A stretch of 64,000 nucleotides of DNA from a virus (taxonomy: Duplodnaviria; Caudoviricetes), in the IMG/VR virus record IMGVR_UViG_3300029288_000085, positions 1 through 64,000 of that record. The stretch is one strand, 5' to 3'. The notes beneath the pieces are model-generated. The model was not told the origin of the DNA, did no database searches, and was given only the letters and a program-made list of their open reading frames with translations. How positions within the stretch are numbered: the first letter of the stretch is position 1; every line of letters begins with the position of its first letter. Made by a program: the position numbers and the translations under genes. Positions 39,465 through 50,602 of the stretch are shown here, one piece after another.

Positions 39465-41192
39465 ATGATAAGATTTAAAGAACTCCATCTGCAAAACTTT
39501 AGAGCATGGAAAGAACTACATCTAGTAGATTTGAATAAAAGAGGTTTATGTAGTATTGAAGGGGAGAATGGATCTGGGAAAAGTGCAATACGTCAAGCTA
39601 TTGAGTATCTTCTTACTGATGATACAAGTGATGCTATTGATGTAGATGAACTTCCTTTCAATAAGGACAAAGACTGTATTATAACTGGAATTCTTGATAA
39701 AGACGGTCATGAAGTAAACATTACAAAGTATAGGAATCATTATAGAGAACTTAACAAGATAATAGTTTCAATTGATGATGATAAAAGCTTATCATGTCCT
39801 GTAAGAAAGGATACTCAAAGAAATATAGAAGGATTGCTAGGAATAACAAGTGATTATATCTATCTATCAACTATATTTTCTCAGAATAGTACATCGTTTC
39901 CTTCTTCTAAAGATAGTGAGAGGAAGCAGTTTCTATATTCATGTCTAGATTTATCTAAGTATGATGGGTATCAATCTAGTGCATTATCAAAGGTTTCTCT
40001 TATTGAAAAAGAGATTGAGTCACTGAATAATGATTTTCTATTCTCTAATAGAGTAATTAAAGATCTTCAGAAGAGTATAGGAAAGTTAAAGATAGATGAG
40101 GAAAACTTTGAAACAAACTTGAGTAAAGAAATTGATGTACTCAAAGAACAAAGAGACGCTTTATTGTTTACTGTATCAATAGATATTGAAGATGCTGAAC
40201 CTTTAGAAGAAGAGTATAATTCTCTCTTAGAAAGAGAGAAGGAACTTTTAGAACAAAAGACATCTTTAACTAAAGATCTTATTTCTATAAAAAACAAGAT
40301 AAAAAATATTGGTACTGGCACTTGTTCTATATTAGATATCTTTTGTGAAAAGCTATCTGTAAAGGTTGAATCAATTACTAGTGTTTTAAAGCAAGATCTT
40401 GATGAAGTAAAGATTAAATTAGAGGGAGTCACAGTAGATCTTTCTAAAGTAAAAGATAGTGCAATTAAGTTAAAATCTTTTATTGATGTTAATAATAAAC
40501 ATAAAATTGAGCAAGCTAGAGAGAACTCAGAACTTGAGCAATTAGAACAAAGGATAGATAAACTATCAAAAAACAGAGACAATCCTTATACACAGGTTCT
40601 GAAAGATCAGATTCAAAGGGTTGATGAAGAAATAAAAAAGAAAGCTGATATTGAACAGAAGCTTGCAAAGTTAAAAATAGATATTTTATATCCTAAGTTC
40701 TGGATAGTTGGATTTGGAAAAAGTGGTATTCCCAATCTCAAAATTGAAGGAATATTAGATGATTTAGAATCTCTTACTAATAAATATTTATCGTATATGA
40801 CTAAGAGTATGTTAGTAAAAATAGATGCACAGAAGGAATTGAAGTCAACTAAAGATATAAGAGAGGAGATATCATATAAGATTATATCTAATAGACCAAT
40901 AACTAACTACAAGTCATATAGTGGTGGAGAAAAGCAACGAATACGTATAGCGGATATCCTAGCATTTAATGAACTACTTGGTAAATTTGATATAATGATA
41001 TTGGATGAGGTTCTTGAATTATCTTTAGATGATAAAGGCAAAAGTTCTGTTCTAGACATTTTAAGAGAAAAAGCTAATACTCTCGGTAGTATATTTGTAA
41101 TTTCACATAGTGGAATAATAAAAGATAAAATTGATACAACCATAAAAGTGAAGAATGTAAATGGGATAGCTAAGCTAATAGAGGAGAATTAA
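39465..41192 (+). CDS. SbcC/Rad50-like ATPase
   Basis: GENGSGKS; coiled coil; SGGEKQR; ILDE; ISH. Confidence 0.9.
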   Translation: MIRFKELHLQNFRAWKELHLVDLNKRGLCSIEGENGSGKSAIRQAIEYLLTDDTSDAIDVDELPFNKDKDCIITGILDKDGHEVNITKYRNHYRELNKIIVSIDDDKSLSCPVRKDTQRNIEGLLGITSDYIYLSTIFSQNSTSFPSSKDSERKQFLYSCLDLSKYDGYQSSALSKVSLIEKEIESLNNDFLFSNRVIKDLQKSIGKLKIDEENFETNLSKEIDVLKEQRDALLFTVSIDIEDAEPLEEEYNSLLEREKELLEQKTSLTKDLISIKNKIKNIGTGTCSILDIFCEKLSVKVESITSVLKQDLDEVKIKLEGVTVDLSKVKDSAIKLKSFIDVNNKHKIEQARENSELEQLEQRIDKLSKNRDNPYTQVLKDQIQRVDEEIKKKADIEQKLAKLKIDILYPKFWIVGFGKSGIPNLKIEGILDDLESLTNKYLSYMTKSMLVKIDAQKELKSTKDIREEISYKIISNRPITNYKSYSGGEKQRIRIADILAFNELLGKFDIMILDEVLELSLDDKGKSSVLDILREKANTLGSIFVISHSGIIKDKIDTTIKVKNVNGIAKLIEEN

Positions 41193-41193
41193 T

Positions 41194-41574
41194 ATGTGCT
41201 TAAGTAAATTAGATTCAACTGTTAAAGAAAAGTTTAAAGGTAAAAAATTTGGGTGGAAAGTATTTATCAAAAATTATGATAGTGACTTGTGTGGTATTTA
41301 TAAAGGTATAGATGCTCCTAGACCACTAGAAAAATGGATAGATGAAAAAGATTTTAATGGGGGGTTTAATGATGCTATTAGAACTCCATATGGTGGTTCA
41401 TACCCTACTGGTTGGCACATTTTTCTTTCTAGACGAGAAGCAAGACATGATCGGTGTGAGGGTGAAGTTGTAAAGAAAGTTTATTTCAAAGAACCTCTTG
41501 CATGGGGATATGATACGGGTCATGCTGCTGTAGTAGTAACTAGAAAGATTTTTATATCTAAGGATAAAACATAA
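41194..41574 (+). CDS. Hypothetical protein, paralog of 18770-19165
   Basis: Shared RPLEKWIDEKDF and YPTGWHI. Confidence 0.7.
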   Translation: MCLSKLDSTVKEKFKGKKFGWKVFIKNYDSDLCGIYKGIDAPRPLEKWIDEKDFNGGFNDAIRTPYGGSYPTGWHIFLSRREARHDRCEGEVVKKVYFKEPLAWGYDTGHAAVVVTRKIFISKDKT

Positions 41575-42041
41575 ATGGAAATAGATAAAGAACGAATTGA
41601 TAAAAGATCAAAAGCACCTAATATTATTAGTTGTGGAATAACTCATGTTGATGGAAGATTAATTTTCAAACTAGGTAAGAAATGGAGAAATGTCTATTAT
41701 AGTATCTGTCATTTCTCTGAACATATATTTGCTATTTCACCAATAGATTATCAGTATCCAACAATGGTGACTACTATATATGTTTCACCAGTTGACGGTT
41801 TTTGTGAAAAGGCAAATAGCTGTTTGCATTTCAAATGTTTCTTGAATAAGTTCAATAAAGATGCTTTTATAAGGGAATTTAAAGGGTGTGGAGTATTTTC
41901 TTTAGGTCTTCCATTAAGTTTAGGTACAAAATCATTATGGTTTAACGATGAAAATGAAAAATGGTCTAGGGTTTGGAAGGATTTTATTATTCTAAGGGAT
42001 GGTGGTATATTGAAATTTAATGAAGGGAAAGGAGAATAGTT

Positions 42042-44183
42042 ATGCGTTATTTGAAGATTAGAGATGATTTGTATTTGAAACAAGAAGAAGTAAATGTAAA
42101 AGAGGAAATTGCTACACCTAAACCAACAAATCATGTTTGGATCTATGATAGATCGGGTAGTATGTATTATACTCTCCCCGGTTTAATAGAAGATCTAGTT
42201 CACAGAGTAAAACAACTACCTAAAAATGACACTATTACACTAGGATGGTTTTCTACAGAAGGAATGTTCAATTTCATAGTCAAAGGGTTTAGAATCTCTG
42301 ATAATGCCGACTATGTTTCCCTTGAAACTATGATCAGAAAGAACAATACGTCATTGTATCTCACTTGCTTTTCTGAAATATTAACGGAAACAAAAACTGT
42401 TATAGAAGATCTGAAACCTATATCTGAAAGATTCTCATTGTGCTTCTTTTCAGATGGCTATCCAGTTGTTTCTAATTATCAGAAGGAGATTTCCAATATC
42501 TTTTCAGCCATTAACCATATTAGCTATGAGATTTCTTCTGTCCTTCTAGTTGGATATGGTTCTTTCTACAATAAAGAACTTATGTCTATGATGGCAGAAA
42601 AGTTTGGTGGATCTTTGATCCATGCTAGTAATTTGAATAACTTTGCTGTAGCTCTAACCGAATTAGTTGAAAGAAGCAAGGATGCAGTAGGCCGCATATA
42701 TGTTCCTTTAATTCCCAACAAAGATGAAATCATTTTCAGTGTAAATGGTGGTATAAATGTATACAAGTCAGATCCTGTTGAGGGAGGTATTTGGTATACT
42801 CCTTGCACAAAAGGAAAGAACTGGCTGTTTACATTAACAAAAATTAAACCCTCCAGTAAGGATTATGAGGAAATAACTCTTACTGAATCTAATGTTAAAG
42901 AAACAACTTCTAAGATCAATCATTTCATTAAAGGTATCTATGCTGCTGCATATGTTCTTTCTCAAAGATGCCAGAATGATTTAGCAATGGATGTTCTAGG
43001 TATTCTTGGTGATAGGTATCTGCTTGATAGATTAAATAATGCTTTTACGGTTGATGAGTATGGGGTTGCAGAAGAAGATATAAAGAATGCAGTGACTAAT
43101 CCAAATAGAAGATTTGTTAAAGGTAGAAATACCAACTATAAAGCTCAAGATGATGCTCCTTGCGTTCTTGATCTTCTTGAATACCTTTCATCTAGGGGTG
43201 ATGTGTATCTTCTACCTCAATTTATGAATTATAAAAAGGTTGGTGTGCCTTCTGTATTCAAAGAGGGGTATCCAAAGTTTGAACCTGAAAGTGGAGTAAA
43301 ATGTAAGTTGGCTGATCTTGTATGGAACAAGAGTCAACTTAATTTGTCAATTCTATCTAGAGTTCCTGGTACTATCAAACTGAAAGATAACTATAAAAAG
43401 TTTGGATTTAAAAGCAATATCTTTAAAACTTTTGTGTGGAGAAATTATACAATTATTAAAAGTGGGATGCTTAATGTAGAAAAGTTGCCTATTGAGGCAG
43501 TTTTAGATACTATGCCTGCCTTTATTACTCCTCTTCTCCTTTTAAAGGAGGAAGAAGTATATATAGATCTAACCAAACTTCCTATTATGAATAGGAAGAT
43601 TGCAAAGGAGAATACTTCAGCTACCTCATTATTCAAAAACGCTATTTTCGAGTTGAAACTTCAAGCAGCACTTAAGTTCTTAAAATATAGAAGAAATCTA
43701 GTAGTACCTGAAGTAGAGATTCCTTCAGGATTTGAAGGATTTACTGAAGAACAAGTTACATATCTGATGGATCTTGGCGTGACTAAGAATGGGTATTCCC
43801 CACCGACTGATAAATTAGAATCTACTGATTATTATATGGCAAAGAAGTTTGAAATTAAGATTAAAGGATTTTCTTCTTTACCTAGCATAGAAACAGTTCT
43901 TAACAAAGAAAAAGCAGGAAAGAAACTTACTCCTTCTGAACAACTTATTAATCAACAGATAAAGTTCTTTGATAGTACATCAAAACTTGAAACAATTGAC
44001 TTGCAAATTGCACAATTTAAGAAAGAATTAAATGAAGTACGATATGCTATTCAGAAAGCTAAGTTTGCAGTATGTTTGGCAAAAGTGTGGTTTAATGAAT
44101 TTCCGTCTAGAGAAAATTGTATGTTAGATATTAATGGGTATAACTTGACTATTGAACTTGGTGAACAAAAAGTTGAATATTAG
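42042..44183 (+). CDS. Large vWA-domain protein
   Basis: YDRSGSM MIDAS; FFSDG; VGYG. Confidence 0.75.
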   Translation: MRYLKIRDDLYLKQEEVNVKEEIATPKPTNHVWIYDRSGSMYYTLPGLIEDLVHRVKQLPKNDTITLGWFSTEGMFNFIVKGFRISDNADYVSLETMIRKNNTSLYLTCFSEILTETKTVIEDLKPISERFSLCFFSDGYPVVSNYQKEISNIFSAINHISYEISSVLLVGYGSFYNKELMSMMAEKFGGSLIHASNLNNFAVALTELVERSKDAVGRIYVPLIPNKDEIIFSVNGGINVYKSDPVEGGIWYTPCTKGKNWLFTLTKIKPSSKDYEEITLTESNVKETTSKINHFIKGIYAAAYVLSQRCQNDLAMDVLGILGDRYLLDRLNNAFTVDEYGVAEEDIKNAVTNPNRRFVKGRNTNYKAQDDAPCVLDLLEYLSSRGDVYLLPQFMNYKKVGVPSVFKEGYPKFEPESGVKCKLADLVWNKSQLNLSILSRVPGTIKLKDNYKKFGFKSNIFKTFVWRNYTIIKSGMLNVEKLPIEAVLDTMPAFITPLLLLKEEEVYIDLTKLPIMNRKIAKENTSATSLFKNAIFELKLQAALKFLKYRRNLVVPEVEIPSGFEGFTEEQVTYLMDLGVTKNGYSPPTDKLESTDYYMAKKFEIKIKGFSSLPSIETVLNKEKAGKKLTPSEQLINQQIKFFDSTSKLETIDLQIAQFKKELNEVRYAIQKAKFAVCLAKVWFNEFPSRENCMLDINGYNLTIELGEQKVEY

Positions 44184-44643
44184 AAAAGGAGAAAAGAAAT
44201 ATGAAAAAAGAAAATAAAGTAGAAGAGATGAAAACTTATTTAATAGAGCATGATAACGGCGAGGAAAGAAAAATAACAGTTCCAGCTAATTGGAAAGTTA
44301 CTTTTGGACCAGCAGCATCAGGATCTTATAAAAGTGATACTACGGGTCGTTATAAAATGCCTTTAGCCTTGAGATTTTATGAGGGTAAAGATAAGCAGAG
44401 AGCTATTTTTACGGATGTGAAGAGTTTTAGAGACCTTAGTATAAAAGTAGAGATCAGAAAGATTAGTGTACAAGAAAAACAAGGTTATATGGAATGTGAT
44501 GGTGAACGTAAAGCAACAACATTCCGTGCTGAAGTAGCAACTTGGGTTAATCCAGATGAAGTGGTTATAAAGAAACTTCCTAGCCCATCAAAGGTTAAAG
44601 ATTTTGATGTTTCATTTAATGAAATTAAACCTGTAGAAGAAGA

Positions 44644-45195
44644 TTAAAGGTTTATTATAGATTGTGTTGTGGGTATAAATAAACCATTATCCATCTCCCA
44701 ATGACAATTTGGGCATAATGCAATTAAATTTGATAAATCATTTATCACTGTAATACTTGTGTCTAAGTCAAATAAATGAATTGCTTTTATATGACATATT
44801 TCATAGTGAAATTTATACCCACAACGTTCACAACATTTAGGTCTGGTGGATCTTTTGTATATTATTTTAGCTTGTGCTCGTATTCTTGAATATCTGTTGG
44901 AAGGACCATGTTTTTCAATGTCAGTTAAAATAGTTCTTAATGTTATTTGATTCCAATTAATAACTTGTGGATTATGTATGTCACATAATGTTTTTCTTCT
45001 TTGAATTTCAATGTCACAAATTTTGCAACGATAAGTTTTTCTTTTACGTTTTTTATGGATTTTATTGTTGAAAATTGCTGCACAAGTCATAGAACAAAAT
45101 TTAGGGTTTGTAGTGTACTTTTCACAAAGTGGGTTTGAGCATTTATGTTTTTTATCATTCATATATAAATGAATATAGATGACTTGAATTTGCAA
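44644..45195 (-). mobile_element. HNH endonuclease, the only convincing reverse-strand gene in the early arm
   Basis: CERCG...EICHIK...NLIALCPNCHWE; 11-bp IR at 45179-45211 at its 5' end. Confidence 0.8.
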
Positions 45196-45240
45196 TGTTT
45201 ATTCAAGTCATGTTGGGGCGATTAAAAAGAGAATACATCA

Positions 45241-45615
45241 ATGTTATATATTAAATTAATGTGTTTACTTATATTACTTTCTTCCTGTTCTATTGGTTAT
45301 AGAGTAATACCTAACTATTATCTTAATAAAGATGTAATAACACAGATGAATTTTCTTTATGATCCATGGATGGAAAAAGGATTTTGTGTTTCTTCATATG
45401 AAGTTCATAATATTTTAGATGGTGGGTGGATGAGTTACCCTTTACCTATCTGTAATTTTACTGAAATAGTATTTCATACCCATCCAATATGGGCTGAAAA
45501 TGGAGCTAATATTTTAGATGGGTTAATTTGGGATGAGTATAATCGAAGATTTGGAAATAAGAAATATGGTGTTATGTTAGGGATAGATGAATTTAAGGTA
45601 TATATAAAAGAATAA
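45241..45615 (+). CDS. Lipoprotein with JAB/MPN-like HTHP motif
   Basis: LSSC lipobox; E...FHTHP...D. Confidence 0.45.
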   Translation: MLYIKLMCLLILLSSCSIGYRVIPNYYLNKDVITQMNFLYDPWMEKGFCVSSYEVHNILDGGWMSYPLPICNFTEIVFHTHPIWAENGANILDGLIWDEYNRRFGNKKYGVMLGIDEFKVYIKE

Positions 45616-45625
45616 AGGAGTCTAT

Positions 45626-45901
45626 ATGAAAAGACTAATTTGTTTATTGTGTGCAATAGCATTGTTAATATGTGCTTGTGGTGATACGAAAGTCATCAAC
45701 GGAACAGAATATGATACTTATGGTTTATTGAATTCTGATAGTAAAAAGAATTCTAATATTGAGTATGAAGTAATTTGGGGTAATATTGTTTGGGGTATTG
45801 TATTGTTTGAGACTATTGTAGCTCCTGTATATTTCTTTGGATTTTCATTGTTTGAACCAGTAGGACCAAAACCTTTAATAAAAGGAGAAGTCGTGAAGTA
45901 A
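45626..45901 (+). CDS. Membrane lipoprotein
   Basis: ICAC lipobox; hydrophobic C-terminal segment. Confidence 0.55.
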   Translation: MKRLICLLCAIALLICACGDTKVINGTEYDTYGLLNSDSKKNSNIEYEVIWGNIVWGIVLFETIVAPVYFFGFSLFEPVGPKPLIKGEVVK

Positions 45902-46428
45902 TGAAAAAATTAGATTGGGATCAATACTTTATGAATCTTGTTTATCTTATTGCTATGAGATCTCATGATCCCAAGACTCATGTAGGTGCAGTAATAGTTA
46001 AACCAGACAACAGTATTGTGAGTACAGGTTATAATGCATTTCCTTATGGTGTAATAGATTGTTGGAGAGAAGAATGTAAGGACAAATTGTGTGAAAAATG
46101 TAGAACAGAAAGACCATACAAATATTTCTTCTTTTCTCATGGAGAATCTAATGCTGTACTTTTAGCTGCTAGAAATGGACATTCAACAACAGGCTGTAGA
46201 ATGTACACTAATGGTATTCCTTGTACTAACTGTGCTAAAGCTGTCATCCAAGCTGGAATAATAGAAGTAATAACAGATAAGCAATGGACAACAGATGCTA
46301 ACTCTAAGTGGAAGGAAGAAGCTGAGATAAGTAAACAAATGTTTTTTGAGGCTAGTGTAAAACTTAGAGAGATAGATGTGAATTTGGTGAAAGTAGTTAA
46401 ATTTGTCAATGGGCAAATATTTGACTAA
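45901..46428 (+). CDS. dCMP deaminase
   Basis: WDQYFM...RS.DP.T.VGAVIV...GYN...HGE.NA...PCTNC. Confidence 0.9.
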   Translation: MKKLDWDQYFMNLVYLIAMRSHDPKTHVGAVIVKPDNSIVSTGYNAFPYGVIDCWREECKDKLCEKCRTERPYKYFFFSHGESNAVLLAARNGHSTTGCRMYTNGIPCTNCAKAVIQAGIIEVITDKQWTTDANSKWKEEAEISKQMFFEASVKLREIDVNLVKVVKFVNGQIFD

Positions 46429-46434
46429 AAGTAG

Positions 46435-47079
46435 GTGGTTTATGTGTACTTTATTTCTGATTTACATTTGGGAGTGAGGGATAAAAAAGATGATTTTCAA
46501 GAGAGTGTGCTAGAATGTCTAAGATTTTTAGTTTCTATCCCTAATAAAAGTTTAGTTCTTGTGGGCGATATTTATGATTTGTGGGAGAATGATTATAGTG
46601 AGATTTATGATAAGTATGAGAATCTTATTGATATTTTAGAGGCAAAAAAATATGCTTATATTATAGGGAACCATGATTCTAAGATTAGTAAATCTTTTAG
46701 TGAAAAACTAATCATAAATGATACATTAGTAATGCATGGACATCAATTTGATTTTGCAAATAAAGGAAAGGGTTTTATTGGTAGATGGATGACTAAGATG
46801 GTATCTTGGATGGAAAAACGAATTTGGTCTGACATAGATATACCATTTTTTAAATTTGAAATGTGGATTAAACGTCATGGAAAGTATGCCAATGCAAAAA
46901 CATTTCAAGATGTAGCTTTTGATTATATTAATGATTATAATGTGGATGATAGAAAGATAAAGCGGATTATAACAGGGCATACTCATCAGTTAGATCATGC
47001 TGTTAGAGGTGAACTTGAATATTATAACTGTGGAACATGGACTAATGGGCATAAGGATGTGTGGGAGATTAACATATGA
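46435..47079 (+). CDS. Calcineurin-like metallophosphoesterase (LpxH-like)
   Basis: SDLHLG, GDIYDLW, GNHD, HGHQFD, GHTH, N.GTW. Confidence 0.8.
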   Translation: MVYVYFISDLHLGVRDKKDDFQESVLECLRFLVSIPNKSLVLVGDIYDLWENDYSEIYDKYENLIDILEAKKYAYIIGNHDSKISKSFSEKLIINDTLVMHGHQFDFANKGKGFIGRWMTKMVSWMEKRIWSDIDIPFFKFEMWIKRHGKYANAKTFQDVAFDYINDYNVDDRKIKRIITGHTHQLDHAVRGELEYYNCGTWTNGHKDVWEINI

Positions 47080-47711
47080 CTGAATATCCTAAAATTAATA
47101 CTGTCTTCAAACGTGATATATCTACTAAATTTAAGACTATTATTGATGGTGGGTGGTCTCAATCTGAATTTGAATATCTAGCTAATAATATGTGGATTTT
47201 CACTGAAAAGGTAGATGGTACAAATATTAGAGTGATGTGGAATAATGAAAATAAAATACTTACTTTTGGTGGTAAGACAGATAATGCCCAAATACCTGCA
47301 TTTTTAGTAAATAAGCTTCAACAGATGTTTAAACTTGAAGTGTTTGATTCCATGTTTGATGCTTCGGTTTGTCTTTATGGTGAGGGTTATGGTGCAAAGA
47401 TTCAAAAAGGTGGGGGAAACTATAGACAGGATCAGAGTTTTGTTTTATTTGATGTGAAGATAGAAAATTGGTGGTTACAAAGGAAGGATGTAGTAGATCT
47501 AGCTTCAAAATTAGGAATTGAAGTTGTTCCTATTATTGGATTAGGTACTCTTTTTAATATGGTTGAACTAGTTAAAAAAGGATTTCAGTCTACTTGGGGA
47601 AGTTTTGAAGCTGAAGGTGTTGTGGCTAGACCTGAAGTAGAACTTCAAACAAGAAGTGGTAATAGAATAATAACTAAGTTGAAGTGTAAGGATTTTAGAA
47701 ATAATGAGTAA
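47076..47711 (+). CDS. ATP-dependent RNA ligase (Rnl2-like adenylation domain)
   Basis: YPKI, TEKVDGTN, GEGYG, FDV, EGVV, KLK. Confidence 0.82.
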   Translation: MTEYPKINTVFKRDISTKFKTIIDGGWSQSEFEYLANNMWIFTEKVDGTNIRVMWNNENKILTFGGKTDNAQIPAFLVNKLQQMFKLEVFDSMFDASVCLYGEGYGAKIQKGGGNYRQDQSFVLFDVKIENWWLQRKDVVDLASKLGIEVVPIIGLGTLFNMVELVKKGFQSTWGSFEAEGVVARPEVELQTRSGNRIITKLKCKDFRNNE

Positions 47712-48105
47712 AAAAGGTATTAAAATTTCTAGTAGGAAAGCTAAAGGAAGAAATTTACAGAAGTATATAGCGACTAAGATATCAGAGTTATTAGGTATTC
47801 CTTGGGGAAAAGATGAACTAATAAGATCTCGTGAGATGGGACAATCAGGAACAGATATTGTTCTTATTGGAGAGGCTGGAAAGAGATTTCCATATAGTAT
47901 AGAATGTAAAAATCAAGAAAAATGGGATCTCGCTGCTTATGTTGAACAAGCTAAGTCTAACCAGAAGAAAGGTACTGATTGGTTATTATTTATAAAACGA
48001 AATCGAGAAAAACCCATTGTTGTAATGGATGTCGAAGTATTGTTTAATCTATTTAAGCAGATAGAGGAAAGCAAATATGTGGGGAAAGAAGAAAATAGAA
48101 ATTAA
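47704..48105 (+). CDS. Holliday junction resolvase (PD-(D/E)XK)
   Basis: SRKAKGR...G.SGTDI...SIECKNQE. Confidence 0.75.
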   Translation: MSKKGIKISSRKAKGRNLQKYIATKISELLGIPWGKDELIRSREMGQSGTDIVLIGEAGKRFPYSIECKNQEKWDLAAYVEQAKSNQKKGTDWLLFIKRNREKPIVVMDVEVLFNLFKQIEESKYVGKEENRN

Positions 48106-48658
48106 AGAAGAAGTTGGCACAAAAGAAAATAGATTAGATATTCTCTTTTCTGATGGTAGAATTTTACGGTGGTCTGTTCCTTATGATCAACATAAAATTC
48201 GACCTTGGCGAAACTTTTATAAATGGTTTTTTGGGAGAGATAATAGTGGGGTATTTGTAATGCGCCACAAAGATGGGGAGACAACATTTAGGAAACAAGA
48301 TATTAGACGAATTGAGATAACAATTGCTTTAAAAAGTGAAAGAGATAAGTTTGATTTATAAATGATAATTCAGAGGAGTAATCTATGGACTTTTGTATTT
48401 CTGGTGAAGAATTAAAAAAGGCATTAAAAGATATTAGAATTGCTGAAAAGAATGGATTCAAATGTTGCTTATCTGTTTTCAAGTTAATTCAATGTGGTTG
48501 GAGTATTACAGAATGTAGAGCAGCATATAGTGATATAGTTGAACAAGCATCATGGGATGATGGAAGTTTACAGTGGGGTCGCCATCAAGGAGTAACAAAA
48601 AGATTTAAATTCAAGAATAATAAACTTGTACTGATTAAGGAGAAAAATATTAAGGTTA

Positions 48659-49030
48659 ATGCTAAAAAAGGTGATGTCTGTAAAAGACAGACAAGAAGAG
48701 TTTAAAAAGTTCACTGAAGAACAGTCAAAAGTTTTACTAGGAAAAGGACATGATTATACTGCTGGTAAAGCAGAAAGCGATGCCTATGCAAATTTTCGTA
48801 TCATTGCAATGTTGTTAGAAGGAGCACCTATAACTCCATATACAATTGCTATGATCTATAAACTGAAACATCTCTTTTCATTACTGACTTTCATTAAGAC
48901 AGGTAAACAAGAATCAGGTGAAGGTTTGTTAGGTAGACATATAGACGACAGCAATTATACTTTTATTTTATCACAACTTGTGGAGGATCATTTAGAATAT
49001 TTTGATGAACACAATAAATCAAATAGCTGA
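48659..49030 (+). CDS. Nmad1/DUF1599-like (MazG-fold) protein
   Basis: KGHDY...DAYANFR...K..R-like...ES...D..NY. Confidence 0.6.
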   Translation: MLKKVMSVKDRQEEFKKFTEEQSKVLLGKGHDYTAGKAESDAYANFRIIAMLLEGAPITPYTIAMIYKLKHLFSLLTFIKTGKQESGEGLLGRHIDDSNYTFILSQLVEDHLEYFDEHNKSNS

Positions 49031-49367
49031 TGAAGTATATCAGCTTGCTTGGGAAAAAGGTTGGCATTCAGATGAAGAAAAGGAAGATGCTTTTATTGAA
49101 AGGACATGTAATAATTTACACGATGAAATAAGTGAACTTCATGAAGCATGGCGAAATAATAGACTACATACTCCTTGTGATAAATCATCAGATATGTTCT
49201 TGATAGATATTATACCTCTTTCCTGTATAGAAGAAGAAATGGCTGATATTATCATTAGAACACTTGATAGCTGTAGAAAATTACACATTGATATACAATC
49301 AGCTATAGAACGTAAACATGCTTATAATAAAACTAGACCTTTCAGACACGGTGGTAAGAAGAGTTGA
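49002..49367 (+). CDS. MazG-like NTP pyrophosphatase
   Basis: KGW...HDEISELHEA...EEEMADIIIRTLD...K...N..RP.RHGGK. Confidence 0.85.
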   Translation: MMNTINQIADEVYQLAWEKGWHSDEEKEDAFIERTCNNLHDEISELHEAWRNNRLHTPCDKSSDMFLIDIIPLSCIEEEMADIIIRTLDSCRKLHIDIQSAIERKHAYNKTRPFRHGGKKS

Positions 49368-49918
49368 ATATAATAACAGATTTGGATGATTGTGTTATAG
49401 ACACATCTCATGAAATAATAAAAAGATTAGAAAAGATTTACAATAGAAAATTTGATTGGAATTATATAAGTGAACATAATGTGGAGAAATGTTATAATCT
49501 TGATAGGGAGATAGTAAGAGACTGTATAAATAAGACTTTAGCTTCTCCCATTGTTCCAATAATTGAAGATTCAGTTTCTACTATTTTGAAACTTTTGGAA
49601 AAGAATGATGTTTATATATTATCCCACCGACCTTTATATTTATATGATCATACAAGAAATATGTTAAATAAGATAGGGTTAGATAAAGTCCTTCTTATTT
49701 TAGAATATGATGATAGTAAATCAGAGATTGCTAAGTCCTTAGACGCTAACATTGTAATAGATGATAAAGCAGAAACTTTAATAGATTACTATAATAAGAC
49801 AGATTGTGTATGCTTTATAATGAATAAACCATGGAATCAAAACTTAGATGAAGATTGGAGAATGGTAAGAGCAGATTCATGGAAGTTTATATGTGACTGT
49901 ATAGGAGAGATGAAGTGA
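49364..49918 (+). CDS. HAD 5'(3')-deoxyribonucleotidase-like
   Basis: DLDD.V.D, SHR, IDD, PWN. Confidence 0.8.
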   Translation: MNIITDLDDCVIDTSHEIIKRLEKIYNRKFDWNYISEHNVEKCYNLDREIVRDCINKTLASPIVPIIEDSVSTILKLLEKNDVYILSHRPLYLYDHTRNMLNKIGLDKVLLILEYDDSKSEIAKSLDANIVIDDKAETLIDYYNKTDCVCFIMNKPWNQNLDEDWRMVRADSWKFICDCIGEMK

Positions 49919-50602
49919 AACTAAAAGAATTACAGAATATCACTCTTCCATTGAAAATTCGATATGAATATATCACAATGGGAGAAACGGCATATGCTAA
50001 TGCATCCCTTCATATGGTGGGGGTAAATACAATAGAAGTTTTGTCAATAATCGGTAGTTTGATCTTTTACAAAAGTCATCGTGATGATTATGGAAGTTCT
50101 CACGCTTTTTGTACAGTTTCTGATTTTTACCAATGGTATGGTGACTATGAGGTGCTAGATGAAATTAAAAAATTGTAAACATGTTTCTGCATTAATGAAA
50201 TTGTTTGGTGTGCGTGAAAGTGGTATTGGAATTGAAGTATATGTAGTCGGTATCTTATCATCCACTGCTGATCTCATAGGAGGGTACTCAGGGGAGAATG
50301 TAGTCATATATAAGTATACAGAAATATCTAAAGATGATAAACAAGAGACCTATTACCATTTATGCTCCCAAAGAGATTTCTTCAGTTCTTTCAATGATTT
50401 TGACATAATTGATAGTAGAGAAGTAGATTTAAGTAAAAATACGAAAATAAAATTAAAGAATGCAGATAAGTTTTATTATGTAATAAAAACATTAGATAAC
50501 GGATTTCTTTTTTGTACAGCAGTTCAGCCTTCTGCTTTGGAAAAAGCAAGTAATATAACATATTATATTAAGGCTGAAGATACGGTGGAGGTGTAATGAT
50601 TT

